Source: Amphiscolops sp. MND2022 (lineage: Eukaryota). Taken from it: a stretch of DNA of 64,000 nt. Under the pieces are notes generated by a model. The model ran no database searches. It saw only the letters and a list, made by a program, of their open reading frames with translations, and was not told where the DNA came from. This document shows, one piece after another, positions 26,003-35,939 of the stretch. The stretch lies in contig OZ076420.1 in the NCBI GenBank assembly GCA_964187785.1, positions 28,582,001 through 28,646,000 of the forward strand, given 5' to 3'. The position numbers and the translations under genes were made by a program. Positions within the stretch are counted from its first letter, which is position 1, and each line of letters opens with the position of its first letter.

Positions 26003-26333
26003 GTACATTTTTTCTATTGCCTTTCACAAAGTCATTGTTGTCCTTTGGAAAGTCTAAACTCCACCAATTATGTTTTTCAAATATCTAGCAGCTCATTTGA
26101 GAGCTGAATTTAATTTTTGAGGTTAGTTCTCTTCTGACAAAATCAAACACAGACGAGATTGGTTTGTCCGAAAACTCACCCTAAACTCCAGTTTTTGAAA
26201 CTAGGCTTTCAAAAGGAAGTTTCCCGTAATAGCCGAAGCTCTATTTGCAAACTATGGCAAATAAATTACTAGTGCAAAATAAAAAACCATCACAAAAATA
26301 ATAAATACTCTGTGTGAAAAATGATCATTTCAG

Positions 26334-26569
26334 GATTTGAACGCCAAGAAATTGGTGGTCTACGCTTCAAAACTTGCCCACAGTAGCGTAGAGAGGTCTT
26401 GTCTTTTCTCGGGAGTCTCTTTCCGCCGTTTGGACTTTGATGAGACCCACTCTTTAAGAGGGGATACGCTAATTGAATCCATTGAGAAGGACCGGTCAAA
26501 TGGGTTGTACCCGTTCTACGTTTGCTGTACTCTGGGGACTACTGCTTGTTGCTCCTTCGACAATCTCAA
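26334..26569 (+). CDS. Ddc: Aromatic L-amino acid decarboxylase, exon 4
   Basis: DLNAKKLVVYASKLAHSSVER...PFYVCCTLGTTACCSFDNL; GTAATC donor at 26570 (phase 2). Confidence 0.93.
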
Positions 26570-26620
26570 GTAATCAATCTCAATCATGGTTGTCTTTTTA
26601 GTCGGCGTTTCCAAAGAAAA

Positions 26621-26696
26621 AGCACGATTCTTACAGTGACTAGTTTTTTCTCCCGTAGCTACGGGACAAAAAACTAGTCACTGTAAGAATCGTGCT
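26621..26696. repeat. 76-bp near-perfect palindrome (hairpin MITE-like)
   Basis: 38-bp arms AGCACGATTCTTACAGTGACTAGTTTTTT(C/G)TCCCGTAG, one mismatch, no loop. Confidence 0.9.
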
Positions 26697-26760
26697 AGCT
26701 CTGATCGGTCCACTTTTAGGAGCAACTGATAGAGCAAATATTCATACGGTAAAGATCATT

Positions 26761-27028
26761 TGGCTAGTGGTTATTCGTCTTTGTATGGATCCAGTTTAGT
26801 ATTAGATCACGGTTTCGAGTCCCGGGTTGAGCCACCTTTTTTATTCGGCGCTTTCTTCAAGTAAAAAAAGTGCAAGATTCTTCCAGAGTTTTTTTCGTCA
26901 ATCACTCTGAAGCGTCCACTTTTACAAAATTTCATTTATTGTATGAGGGCTTTTAGCCAAGCGATTAAAGCATAATTTCAAGCCTGGTTACGGGGCCTGA
27001 GAAGCAAGTTCGAATCCCACGCAAACCA
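26761..27028 (+). pseudogene. Two degenerate tRNA-like / Pol III A-box B-box units
   Basis: 26761-26842: TGGCTAGTGG...GGTTTCGAGTCC...T-run. 26947-27028: TAGCCAAGCGA...TTCAAG...GTTCGAATCCCAC (Leu-CAA-like). Cloverleaves look imperfect. Confidence 0.35.
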
Positions 27029-27477
27029 ATTTGTTTATACTTGCAATGGCAGAGAAAAAACAAAAGGTGTCTCTGAACTTTGCTCTTTTTAAATCTTGAG
27101 CGGCGCGCCAACTTTGGCCGTTACCGGTTTGCTTTTGTTAATGTCGCATTCATAAAAGTCTCATACGTCTTGATTGTCTCTTTTACTTACAAATTGTGAA
27201 CAAAAGCTGTCTCAAAATCTTTGCTACCTAATCTCACTCATTTAATCAAACACAACGGCTTTTCTTCGATTCGTAAAGAAGTGTTTAAAGGCTCAGCTCG
27301 TGTCCAAATTGAATGCTCTTGAAATTTACTGATGTTGCTGTTTTTACACCATTGCATTGAACAGAATTTTCCTTTCTGTTTCACGAACTTTCACCATTAT
27401 AGATCGATGAATTTGTGTTTTCCAAAAACTAACACAAAGCGAAGCTATTCGAATAGTTGTAGAATAAAGTATTCGAA

Positions 27478-27609
27478 TAAAGTAGATGAGACCAGCGGGT
27501 CCCCTTTCGGGGTTGTTGATGCCCTCAGTTAGGGAAAAGCGGATCCGGTTTTTCCTAACTGAGGGCATCAACAACCCCAAAAGGGGACCCGCTGGTCTCA
27601 TCTACTTTA
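27478..27609. mobile_element. 132-bp palindromic MITE-like element bounded by TA
   Basis: 66-bp arms with 3 mismatches centred on GGATCC; TA at both ends. Confidence 0.85.
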
Positions 27610-27660
27610 ACAAACAATTGTTTAGTCGAGCGCGGAAATCCCAGTCTCCAACATGCACAC

Positions 27661-27900
27661 CCAGTGTAAAATATCTTGAAACTCTTGCCAAGAATCTTGC
27701 ATATTCTTGAAACCCTTGGTAAGAATCTTGGCAAGATTCTTACCAAGAGCGCCAAGAATATGTACGATCTTGCAAGATCTTGCCAAGAACTTCAAGAAAA
27801 ATGTCATTTTTTTTCGACCAAAAAAACCCACAAAAAGTGATTTTAGTACAAAAAAAACACTCAGGAAAAACCAAGAAGTACCAAGAACTGCAGTTCAACA
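27661..27900. repeat. CTTGCCAAGAAT-type minisatellite / MITE subterminal repeat
   Basis: Many direct and inverted copies of CTTG(C/G)CAAGA(A)T; related text near 48860-48975. Confidence 0.6.
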
Positions 27901-28124
27901 TTTGGCCAGGTGGCCTTCAAAGATTGTCAGTATTTCCAGCTTCCAGTAGATTCAGGCAAAATTTGCAGTACAATACTTACAAAAAAGAACAATTTCTTAA
28001 AGAAATGATCTGCGGTCACTATCAAATGTAATCCGAATTACCATTTAAAACCATCCAGAAGAATTAATTAAACTCATGGCCAATTTTCTTTCAATTGAAG
28101 CGGGCTAATTTGACTGTTTGCCAG

Positions 28125-28414
28125 GGAATTGGGGTCTGTTTGCAAACAAGAGGGGCTCTGGCTACATGTAGACGCAGCTTATGCGGGATCTGCTTTCGTG
28201 TGCGAGGAGACAAGATATTTGATGGAGGGCGTGGAGTTTTGTGACTCATTCAATTTCAACCCCCACAAATGGCTGCAAATACACTTCGACTGTTCCGTAC
28301 TCTGGGTCAGGGACAAGAAAAACTTGTACGACAGCTTTCACGTGGACCCGCTTTACTTGAAACACCAGAATCAGGAAGAAGCAATCGATTTTCGACACTG
28401 GCAAATTCCATTAG
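28125..28414 (+). CDS. Ddc: Aromatic L-amino acid decarboxylase, exon 5 (PLP lysine)
   Basis: (K)[38 protein letters not shown]; GTAATC donor at 28415 (phase 1). Confidence 0.95.
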
Positions 28415-29927
28415 GTAATCAGAACTGAACACACGTTCTTGCTGAGAGAGTTGCTTGAGAGTTCTTACAAAATAGTAAGAACGACTTACAAAGAAGTGGA
28501 ATCCTTGAAACGAAGACTAGCTAGATGTGCAACAAAAACTAGTTATTCAACCAAAATCTCTTACACACTAATTTTCACACTGACAACCAATTGGAAAATG
28601 TTTTCGAAACTCATGAATATGGAAAAGTGCGCAATGTTAAACTGTAAAAACAGCGGGAGTGATAGTGCTTGATAGTGCCTTGTGCGTGATAATGCCTAAT
28701 CACAATTTGTGTAAATATTTTTGAGATATCTGTGCTGGAAAAGTTACATGACATTTTTTCGAGTTCCGTCGAGTATTATAATACCAGATTCCACATTTTC
28801 CGCACAAAAACCTATAGGCCATTCAATGACTGGTTGAGGACTAGCGTAACTTTGTCAACTAACACAGAATTTTCATGAACTTACTGTGTATTTCTGAACC
28901 CAAGTGCTACTTTATACCTCAAATCTTCACTTCACAAAAACATGTTGTTGACATTTTTAGTCGGCGCATTCTAGTAGAAAATGTGTCCGACTATTACAGT
29001 GGGTAGTTTTTTTTAGACACGAAAGGTCCACTTTTTTGTTCATTTGTTCAACAACCTCAAACCTCAACAACTTCAAACCTCAACAACTCCAACCTCAGAA
29101 GCGCGTCCAAAACGAAAAGAAAAAACAAAACAGACGTCCACAACCTCGAAAGCACACTAAAGATCCCACCTTAGCCCCACTTTTTTATTCTTTATTATTA
29201 ACAGTGTTTAGTTTCCGCGAACAAACAGTTTATTGAAACTTAGTTTTTTTGGAAAGCATTTTTTGTCACTTTGACTTTTCGGCGCTGCGCGACTTTCCAA
29301 AAGTTTTTGCTCATCGATTCGGGTGTTTTTTATGTTTCCATTAAAAGAAAAGCAAATTGGAGGCTACTGGAAGCCCGTTCCTCTCTAATGTTTTTGCCGC
29401 TCTAAATGTTATGAAAACTCCAAAAGCCACCCTGAACTTTTTAATATACAACCGTTTAGTAGAGCGTTTCGAGCCTTGAGCGGGACGCCGACTTTAGACG
29501 TTCCCGTCTTGTTTCTTATTTATCCGTGATTGGGTTGCAGAGAAAACTTCCGTGTCCAAGAAAAATGAATGCTCTGGATCATTATCAATCGCAATTACAA
29601 AAAAAAATTATGACCACATGATTTGTTTCCTGATGGCTCTAGAGTAAAAATACTTTATTTTCTGAATGAAATTAGGTTTCGAGGCAATTGTTTGGAGGCA
29701 CTAGGACAAAAAACATAGAATTGTGCTTTTTGCTTCTCAAGCGGTGTTTACTCACTTTCTTATGCAACTTTGCTCCATTTTAGTGTAATCTCAAGGTACA
29801 CTTTTTATTTGTACACCAAACTAGACTTAATTTAATAACAAGTTTTGTCCGAACCATTGAAACCATACAGCATCTCTTATCCGGCGAGGACCCGCAACAA
29901 TATTTCATAAAGTTTAAATATTAACAG

Positions 29928-30298
29928 GAAGAAGATTTCGGTCATTGAAGATTTGGTTCACTTTACGATGTGTTGGAATTTCTGGGCTGCAACAATTCGT
30001 CAGACAATGTATCACTCAGGCTGACTACTTTGCAAACTTGATAGTCTCCAGTCAAAGTTTCGAGCTCTTCCGACCCAATTCTCTCGGTCTCGTTTGTTTC
30101 CGTGCGAAGGCAAGCAATTGCGTCAACAGAAAAGTTCTGCAAAAGGTCAACAGCGGTCGGGAGATCTATCTGACCCCCTCTGAAATTGACGACGTGTACT
30201 TTCTACGTCTGGCCATTTGTAGCCCCCGAACGACGGAAAAAGACCTCGATAGGGCGTTTCAGCTGATCACAGAAGCCTTTGAAAGTGTGCAAGAGTGA
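29928..30298 (+). CDS. Ddc: Aromatic L-amino acid decarboxylase, exon 6 (last)
   Basis: (G)RRFRSLKIWFTLR...LVCFR...stop at 30298. Exon lengths 247+146+111+236+290+371 = 1401 nt = 466 aa + stop, all splice phases compatible. Confidence 0.95.
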
Positions 30299-32958
30299 AA
30301 GGCTGATCAAATATGACTATGTTTGGAAATATTTTTTATGTGCCACATTTTATTGTACGCAGTTGTCTTTGAAAATATATCGAAGTTAATTCGTTTGATT
30401 GCATAATTTATTTAAAACTAACTTTTTCTAAATACGGAAAAATGAGTAATCTGTTGTAAAATTTTCAGAGATGTTTTTATATTTAATATGCTTATATGTC
30501 AAATTATGAAATCCAATTTATTCATGATTATGACGTTTATTCGATGATTGTTGAAGACATTAATCTAGATCTCATGACTCAAAAAACTATGGTTTTGCTA
30601 TTTACCTTGGTGGAAACTGATTCAATCAAAATGATTTGGAAAAAAGGTGGTAAGGTATTGAAATGGATGTCTCCACCTACCAAAAGGCCCTTCTCTCTGA
30701 GCACACCGTTTTAGAAGCCTCTCTTTGACTTCCGCCATCTAACAACAGTCTGTTAATGCTAGAAACTACGGTCATCGAGCAAGCAAAACTACCGCTTAAG
30801 CAGTCTATAAAAGCAATAAACATTTAACAAGACAGGAACGTCTAAAATCGGCGCTATATCTAAGGCTCAAAAAGCGCAGTTTTTTATATATGTGAAGGAC
30901 GTTTTCATGAAAAACTCCTATTTTCGAACTTCCGCCTCCTCCTCACCAAAACGCAATATAATTCGTATATAACGTCAAAAGTTCGGATATAGCGCTTTAT
31001 TCCGGATATTACGAAAATGGGCTTCAATAAAATCGAAGGGGGACCCTTTGGAGACAAAAAATTTCTCAGGTCTCACAACGCCGAAGTAACCCATCTTGCC
31101 CAACCGATAATCTCTGGAAAAAAGCAAAAAAGAAATTAAGAACTATTTCGAATTTTTTTTCAAAATATGTCTCCGGTAAATTCATAGTGCCGAAAACTCT
31201 CTGGAATCCTCTCTCATAGCAAAACATTTGGTTTCTAGTGAAAATCGAAGGCGATTTGAACAAATTAGAAAAGAATCACAGTAGCGAAAAAAGGCCAGTC
31301 TTAAAAAGTTCGGATAGTATTGAAAAAATGTTGGTTGATAATTAGAGTTAAAAACCTCAATTTCAGACGAAAAATGAGAAATTTGAAGCAACCTCATAGT
31401 GCCAAAACTTGTGAAAGGGGGACCCGTTAGTCTCGTCCGGTTTTTAAGTTACCTTCAAAAAATAAAAATTGGAAGAGGAACTATATTATTTATATATGAT
31501 GTGAAAAGGTTAAAACTAAGATAAATTGATACCTGTAAGACGGGCAGTCTCCAAATACCGGAAATAAAATGGCGTAAAAGTAGTGCAAGGCTTTATAGTA
31601 GTAGATTTTTAGTTTTGGCAAAGGCTAGGAAATGCTGAATTCACTTTGGGTTTTTTAAGGGTAGAAATGTTTTACAAAAGACAATAAAGTGAAGGATTTC
31701 GAAAAACATAACTTTGAATGTCTTTTGTTGGCGTAACCCATTCTGTTGAAGATCCATGAGCGGGACATTGCTTCATTTAGATCAACTGGCTGACTCGATG
31801 CAAGTATGATTCGTTCATAAGTCAAATTCATCAATGAGTAATGCAAGACATAACAGGGACCCTTTGCTATAACTTAGATTCGTTTAGTTGAACAAACTGA
31901 ATGAAAATTTCGTCGCATTCGAGTCTGTCTTGAAAGAAACGAGTGACTGTAAAAGTCGGGCTCTTTTTTTTCTAAAAACGCCAACTAAAAAAAGTTATGC
32001 TACAGTGCTCTGATTCAAGCAAACAAGCCGGGAAGGGCATAAGTTGGCACCGTTCGGATACAATTAGGCGCCAAAAATTCGAATTTAGCGCATTTTCAAA
32101 CATCCGTCTCCTCCTTAGTAAAGCGTGATTCATTTCGGATATAACTTCAATAGTTCGAATATAGCGTATTCGAACCAACGGGAACGCTGTTTTGAACATC
32201 CGTTTCCACTTTAGTAAAGCGCTTTTTAGTTCGGATATGACGTCAAAAATTTGGACATAGCGCACTATATTGTTCAAATTAGAACCCAAAGTTAATGCAG
32301 ATGGTCAATTTCAAAATTTTTGTAGAACTTTCCAAGAATTTATGTTGATCAGTTCGTGTGAATTGAAAAAAAAAGAAAAAAAATGAGAGCAAACAATTCG
32401 TGCGGATTGAAAAAGAATGCCACTCTTATAATCGCGTTTCACTTCATGAAGCCCCGACTAGAAACACCGCACAAATATAAAAATTCATCAACGTTCACTG
32501 AAGCCAAATAACATCAAAGACATGATAAAAATCATTTAAAAATTAGCAAAACCTGCACGAATTTACAGGGATGAATGGATACAATCAACATGTAAAACGA
32601 CGAAAACTCCGAGGGCTGGTGAGAAAGAGACACAAATCAAAGTTTTAGGTAACAGTTTTTCAACTACTTAGAGCAGATTCTAGATCCAGAACATCCATCT
32701 GTTACAAACTTAAGAACAGACACATCAATTGCGTATCGTTGTCGGTTCGAGGGTGATTTGGTTATCCTCTTTATATCAATCTCAATTTTAAAACGACTGC
32801 GTGCAACAATAATGATGATTATCTTGTATTTAAATCAAATGATTAAAAAATATGTATCATTTGAATCACGTCAAACGCCAGACAATTGATTGACACAAGA
32901 ATGCTTTGATAATTTGCATCTCATGAGCTAGGATACATCTCATGAACCACACTGGCTT

Positions 32959-33323
32959 TCACACTTTCTGCAGCGCTTCGGATATCAATTGAAACGCACG
33001 GTCCAAATCTTCAGTCGTGGTTTGGGGACTGCCAACTACCAAACGCAAGATATAAACACCCCCAACTTCCGCAGGGGTCAAATAAATCTCACGTCCATGA
33101 TTGACAGCTTCCAAAACTTTCTTGTTCAGTTCGTTGTTTCCTTTAGCCCGGAAGCAAACCAAGCTCATTGATCTGGGACGGAAAAGCTCGAAACTTTGGC
33201 TCGATTTGATTAAATCTGAAAAGTATTCCGCTCGGGCAATGCAATCTCTGATGTATTTCTGCAGTCCAGATATTCCAAAACATCGCAGTGTGAACCAGAT
33301 CTTCAAAGAGCGGAACCTTCGCC
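32959..33323 (-). CDS. Last exon of a second aromatic amino acid decarboxylase paralogue
   Basis: ttcacag acceptor at the same phase-1 position as Ddc exon 6; GRRFRSLKIWFTLRCFG...EALQKV*; 84/121 residues identical to Ddc exon 6 by manual count. Upstream exons not found. Confidence 0.9.
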
Positions 33324-33520
33324 CTGTGAATAAACAATTATGGGATGTCCCTTCTGGGAAAAGCAAGCATTCGTTAATTTCAATCTTCCAAGGGGATTTA
33401 CCATTAACCCTGCAAGAACCCTTTTTTCTAAAGCTACGTAAGTTCCATTATCAAAAACAAATCACGTTAAAAAACTAAGTTTGAAAGTTTTTCACAATGC
33501 TGGTAAAGTAAATATTTCCC

Positions 33521-33723
33521 AGGTTGACCATTCATGGATTTCCATCCATGATTAATCCATGATTCATGGACCCACCTTGCCGAGAATCATTCAAAGATCT
33601 TGGCATGGTAGCCATGATCTCATGGATGACCATGGATGGAAATCCATGGTCATCCATGAAATCATGGATGGAAATCCATGGTCATCCATGAAATCATGGA
33701 TGGAAATCCATGAACGAGGCAGG
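33521..33723. repeat. CATGGATGGAAATCCATG minisatellite with internal palindromes
   Basis: About 2.5 copies of a ~32-bp unit plus inverted copies. Confidence 0.7.
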
Positions 33724-33901
33724 AGTTAATGGATGAGAAACCATGAAAAGGCTTCGTTTTAGGTGCTTTCGAGTGGCAGTGTGCATTCTACCTAAAAATG
33801 TCCGTAATAGGCCATAAGGGTATCTACATATACCGCAAATAGACTATATACCGAATCTTAAACAAATTCACAGACTACGACTTATAAGGATCTCGATTAT
33901 T

Positions 33902-34101
33902 NNNNNNNNNNNNNNNNNNNNNNNNNNNNNNNNNNNNNNNNNNNNNNNNNNNNNNNNNNNNNNNNNNNNNNNNNNNNNNNNNNNNNNNNNNNNNNNNNNN
34001 NNNNNNNNNNNNNNNNNNNNNNNNNNNNNNNNNNNNNNNNNNNNNNNNNNNNNNNNNNNNNNNNNNNNNNNNNNNNNNNNNNNNNNNNNNNNNNNNNNNN
34101 N
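33902..34101. other. Assembly gap
   Basis: 200 N, a round placeholder length. Confidence 1.
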
Positions 34102-35170
34102 TGTATGAAATATGAGTAAATAGAACAAGGTTATTTGGGAATTGAATAAAAATGATGCGTTTGGCAAATTGGAGTTCAAGTTTTATGATGTAGTTTAGTT
34201 CACCACATTCTTTTTCTTCGTTAATATTCGTTCGCTGTTTGACTGTTTATTTTCCGTCATTGGTATAGGATGGTTATCCACATCATTGTTTGTATTTTCA
34301 TGCATCAGGCATGACAGCAAGCGAATCGTAAGAATACTGAAATGAAAGCATATGTGAAAGCATGCATCCTTGGTATAGCTTGGTAGTGCAAACTTTAATA
34401 ATTGTTGCCTAATATGTGACCATTTTTATCTTTTTCGGCACTGTGTGACTTCCTTTTTCTAAAAAGAAACTACACAAATACGTTTTTCATGTTTTCATTA
34501 AAAGCTAATTTCAGCAATTTGTGGTTCTACGGAACTATGCTGCTTGTGAAGTTTGTCATCCCAGATGCAAGGATAGGCGTCCCACAAAAATTAAAGGAAA
34601 GGGGTTTTCATTGCCGAGCATATGGAAGTGTGACGTTCATTCTGATGCGATGCGTTTTTTCTACGTTGAGTAGGTGAAGAGGTTTTCATCAAAAACTGAC
34701 TCAAAGGGCTCGCCTGACTTTCGCAGTGTCAATTGAGAAAATCGTTTTCTAACCATTGAAAAAGTTGCGATTGATTCATTTTCTTCAGCCTCTTCCTACA
34801 TTATATTTGATTTTTGTTCAAGCTCTTGGTACAAAATTGTAAGATAGTAAAAAATTTTGAGTTTTCTTGGCTAAAACCTTGGCAAAATTTTATCAAAAGT
34901 GTTAAGTGTTCCATTACGGATTGCTCTGTTTGCCTGTTTTTACAATTACCGCTTTTTTCAGTGAACAAAAGTTCCTTTCTAGAAAATGTCAGGAATGAAT
35001 TTCTTCAGTTTACTCAGGATTATGCTTAAAAAATGCGGTTTCATTGTTTCGACATAATTCTTGGGAGCTGCAAGAAAGCATGAAAAAATTGTTTGACTAA
35101 TTTTAGACTGTTTTCGACAAAAAACTTGTCAATGCTAAATAAAAAACGTTTGGATTTCAACATGAAATAG

Positions 35171-35597
35171 AATTTACGAAGAAGTCTATGTCGGTAGAAT
35201 TTCCCTTTGCGAATTCTGGAGAGACCCGACTACCAGATTCTACGACCAGTATTTGCAGGCCAGTCCTCTTGTGGCGCTTCTAAACAACGAAGTCGATCAT
35301 CCAGGAAGTGAAACAGTCAAGAAGAATTTCCTCAAGGTTCGAAGACTTGTCCTTGTAGGTGGACAGGATGAACAAGTTGTGAAACCTCGAGTTTCATCTT
35401 TTTACGGATACCTGGACGAAAATCTGGAAGTTGTGCCAACGTTTGACTACTTTCTCTACACTAACGATACGTTTGGGCTGAAGACACTTAATGAGAAGGG
35501 TAGACTAACTTTGTGTTCAGTTGACGGTTTGAAACACAGAGCCTTCGTTGAATCCTTCAAATCCTACGAGAAGTGTGTGAAACCGTATATTGGTTGA
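35171..35597 (+). CDS. PPT2: Lysosomal thioesterase PPT2-like, last exon
   Basis: tag acceptor at 35168-35170; IYEEVYVGRISLCEFWRDP...ASPLVALLNNEVDHP...NFLKVRRLVLVGGQDEQVVKP..SSFYG...DTFGLKTL...LKHRAF, matching the PPT2 C-terminus with catalytic Asp and His equivalents. Confidence 0.85.
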
Positions 35598-35939
35598 CCA
35601 CAGACAGTTTGTTTAATGGGGTGGTAAAACTGTGTATGTGTGCTTACATCTGTGTTATGTATCAAACGCTATGTCTTCGTAAAGCAGTCTTCTACTATAG
35701 TAACATGTTTCTGCATGATGTTAAATGTTTTGAAGAGGTATCAATTTAATCCCTGTTGATTGTACTGAGACTTTTGAAAACTAATTCGAAGACTTCTAAG
35801 AAAAAAATGATTATTAAAACTAACAATAAACGCAGTTATACTTGGAGTTTCACTTTTAAAAAGTTTCACGAAAAAGTCAGAAAAAAAATCAACATAGGCA
35901 ACCAATTTACAACCCTGTAGACTAGGTGATAACTATGTA

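Noticed and set aside
29050-29100. AAACCTCAACAAC microrepeat ORF (KPQQLQPQ)
   Set aside because: A simple intronic minisatellite with no coding support.
33868-34179. ORF spanning the N run
   Set aside because: Artefact of translating the gap.
34510-34675. CxxC-containing frame (AACEVCHPRC) as a PPT2 exon or transposase tail
   Set aside because: It does not resemble PPT2, is short and ends in a stop; insufficient evidence.
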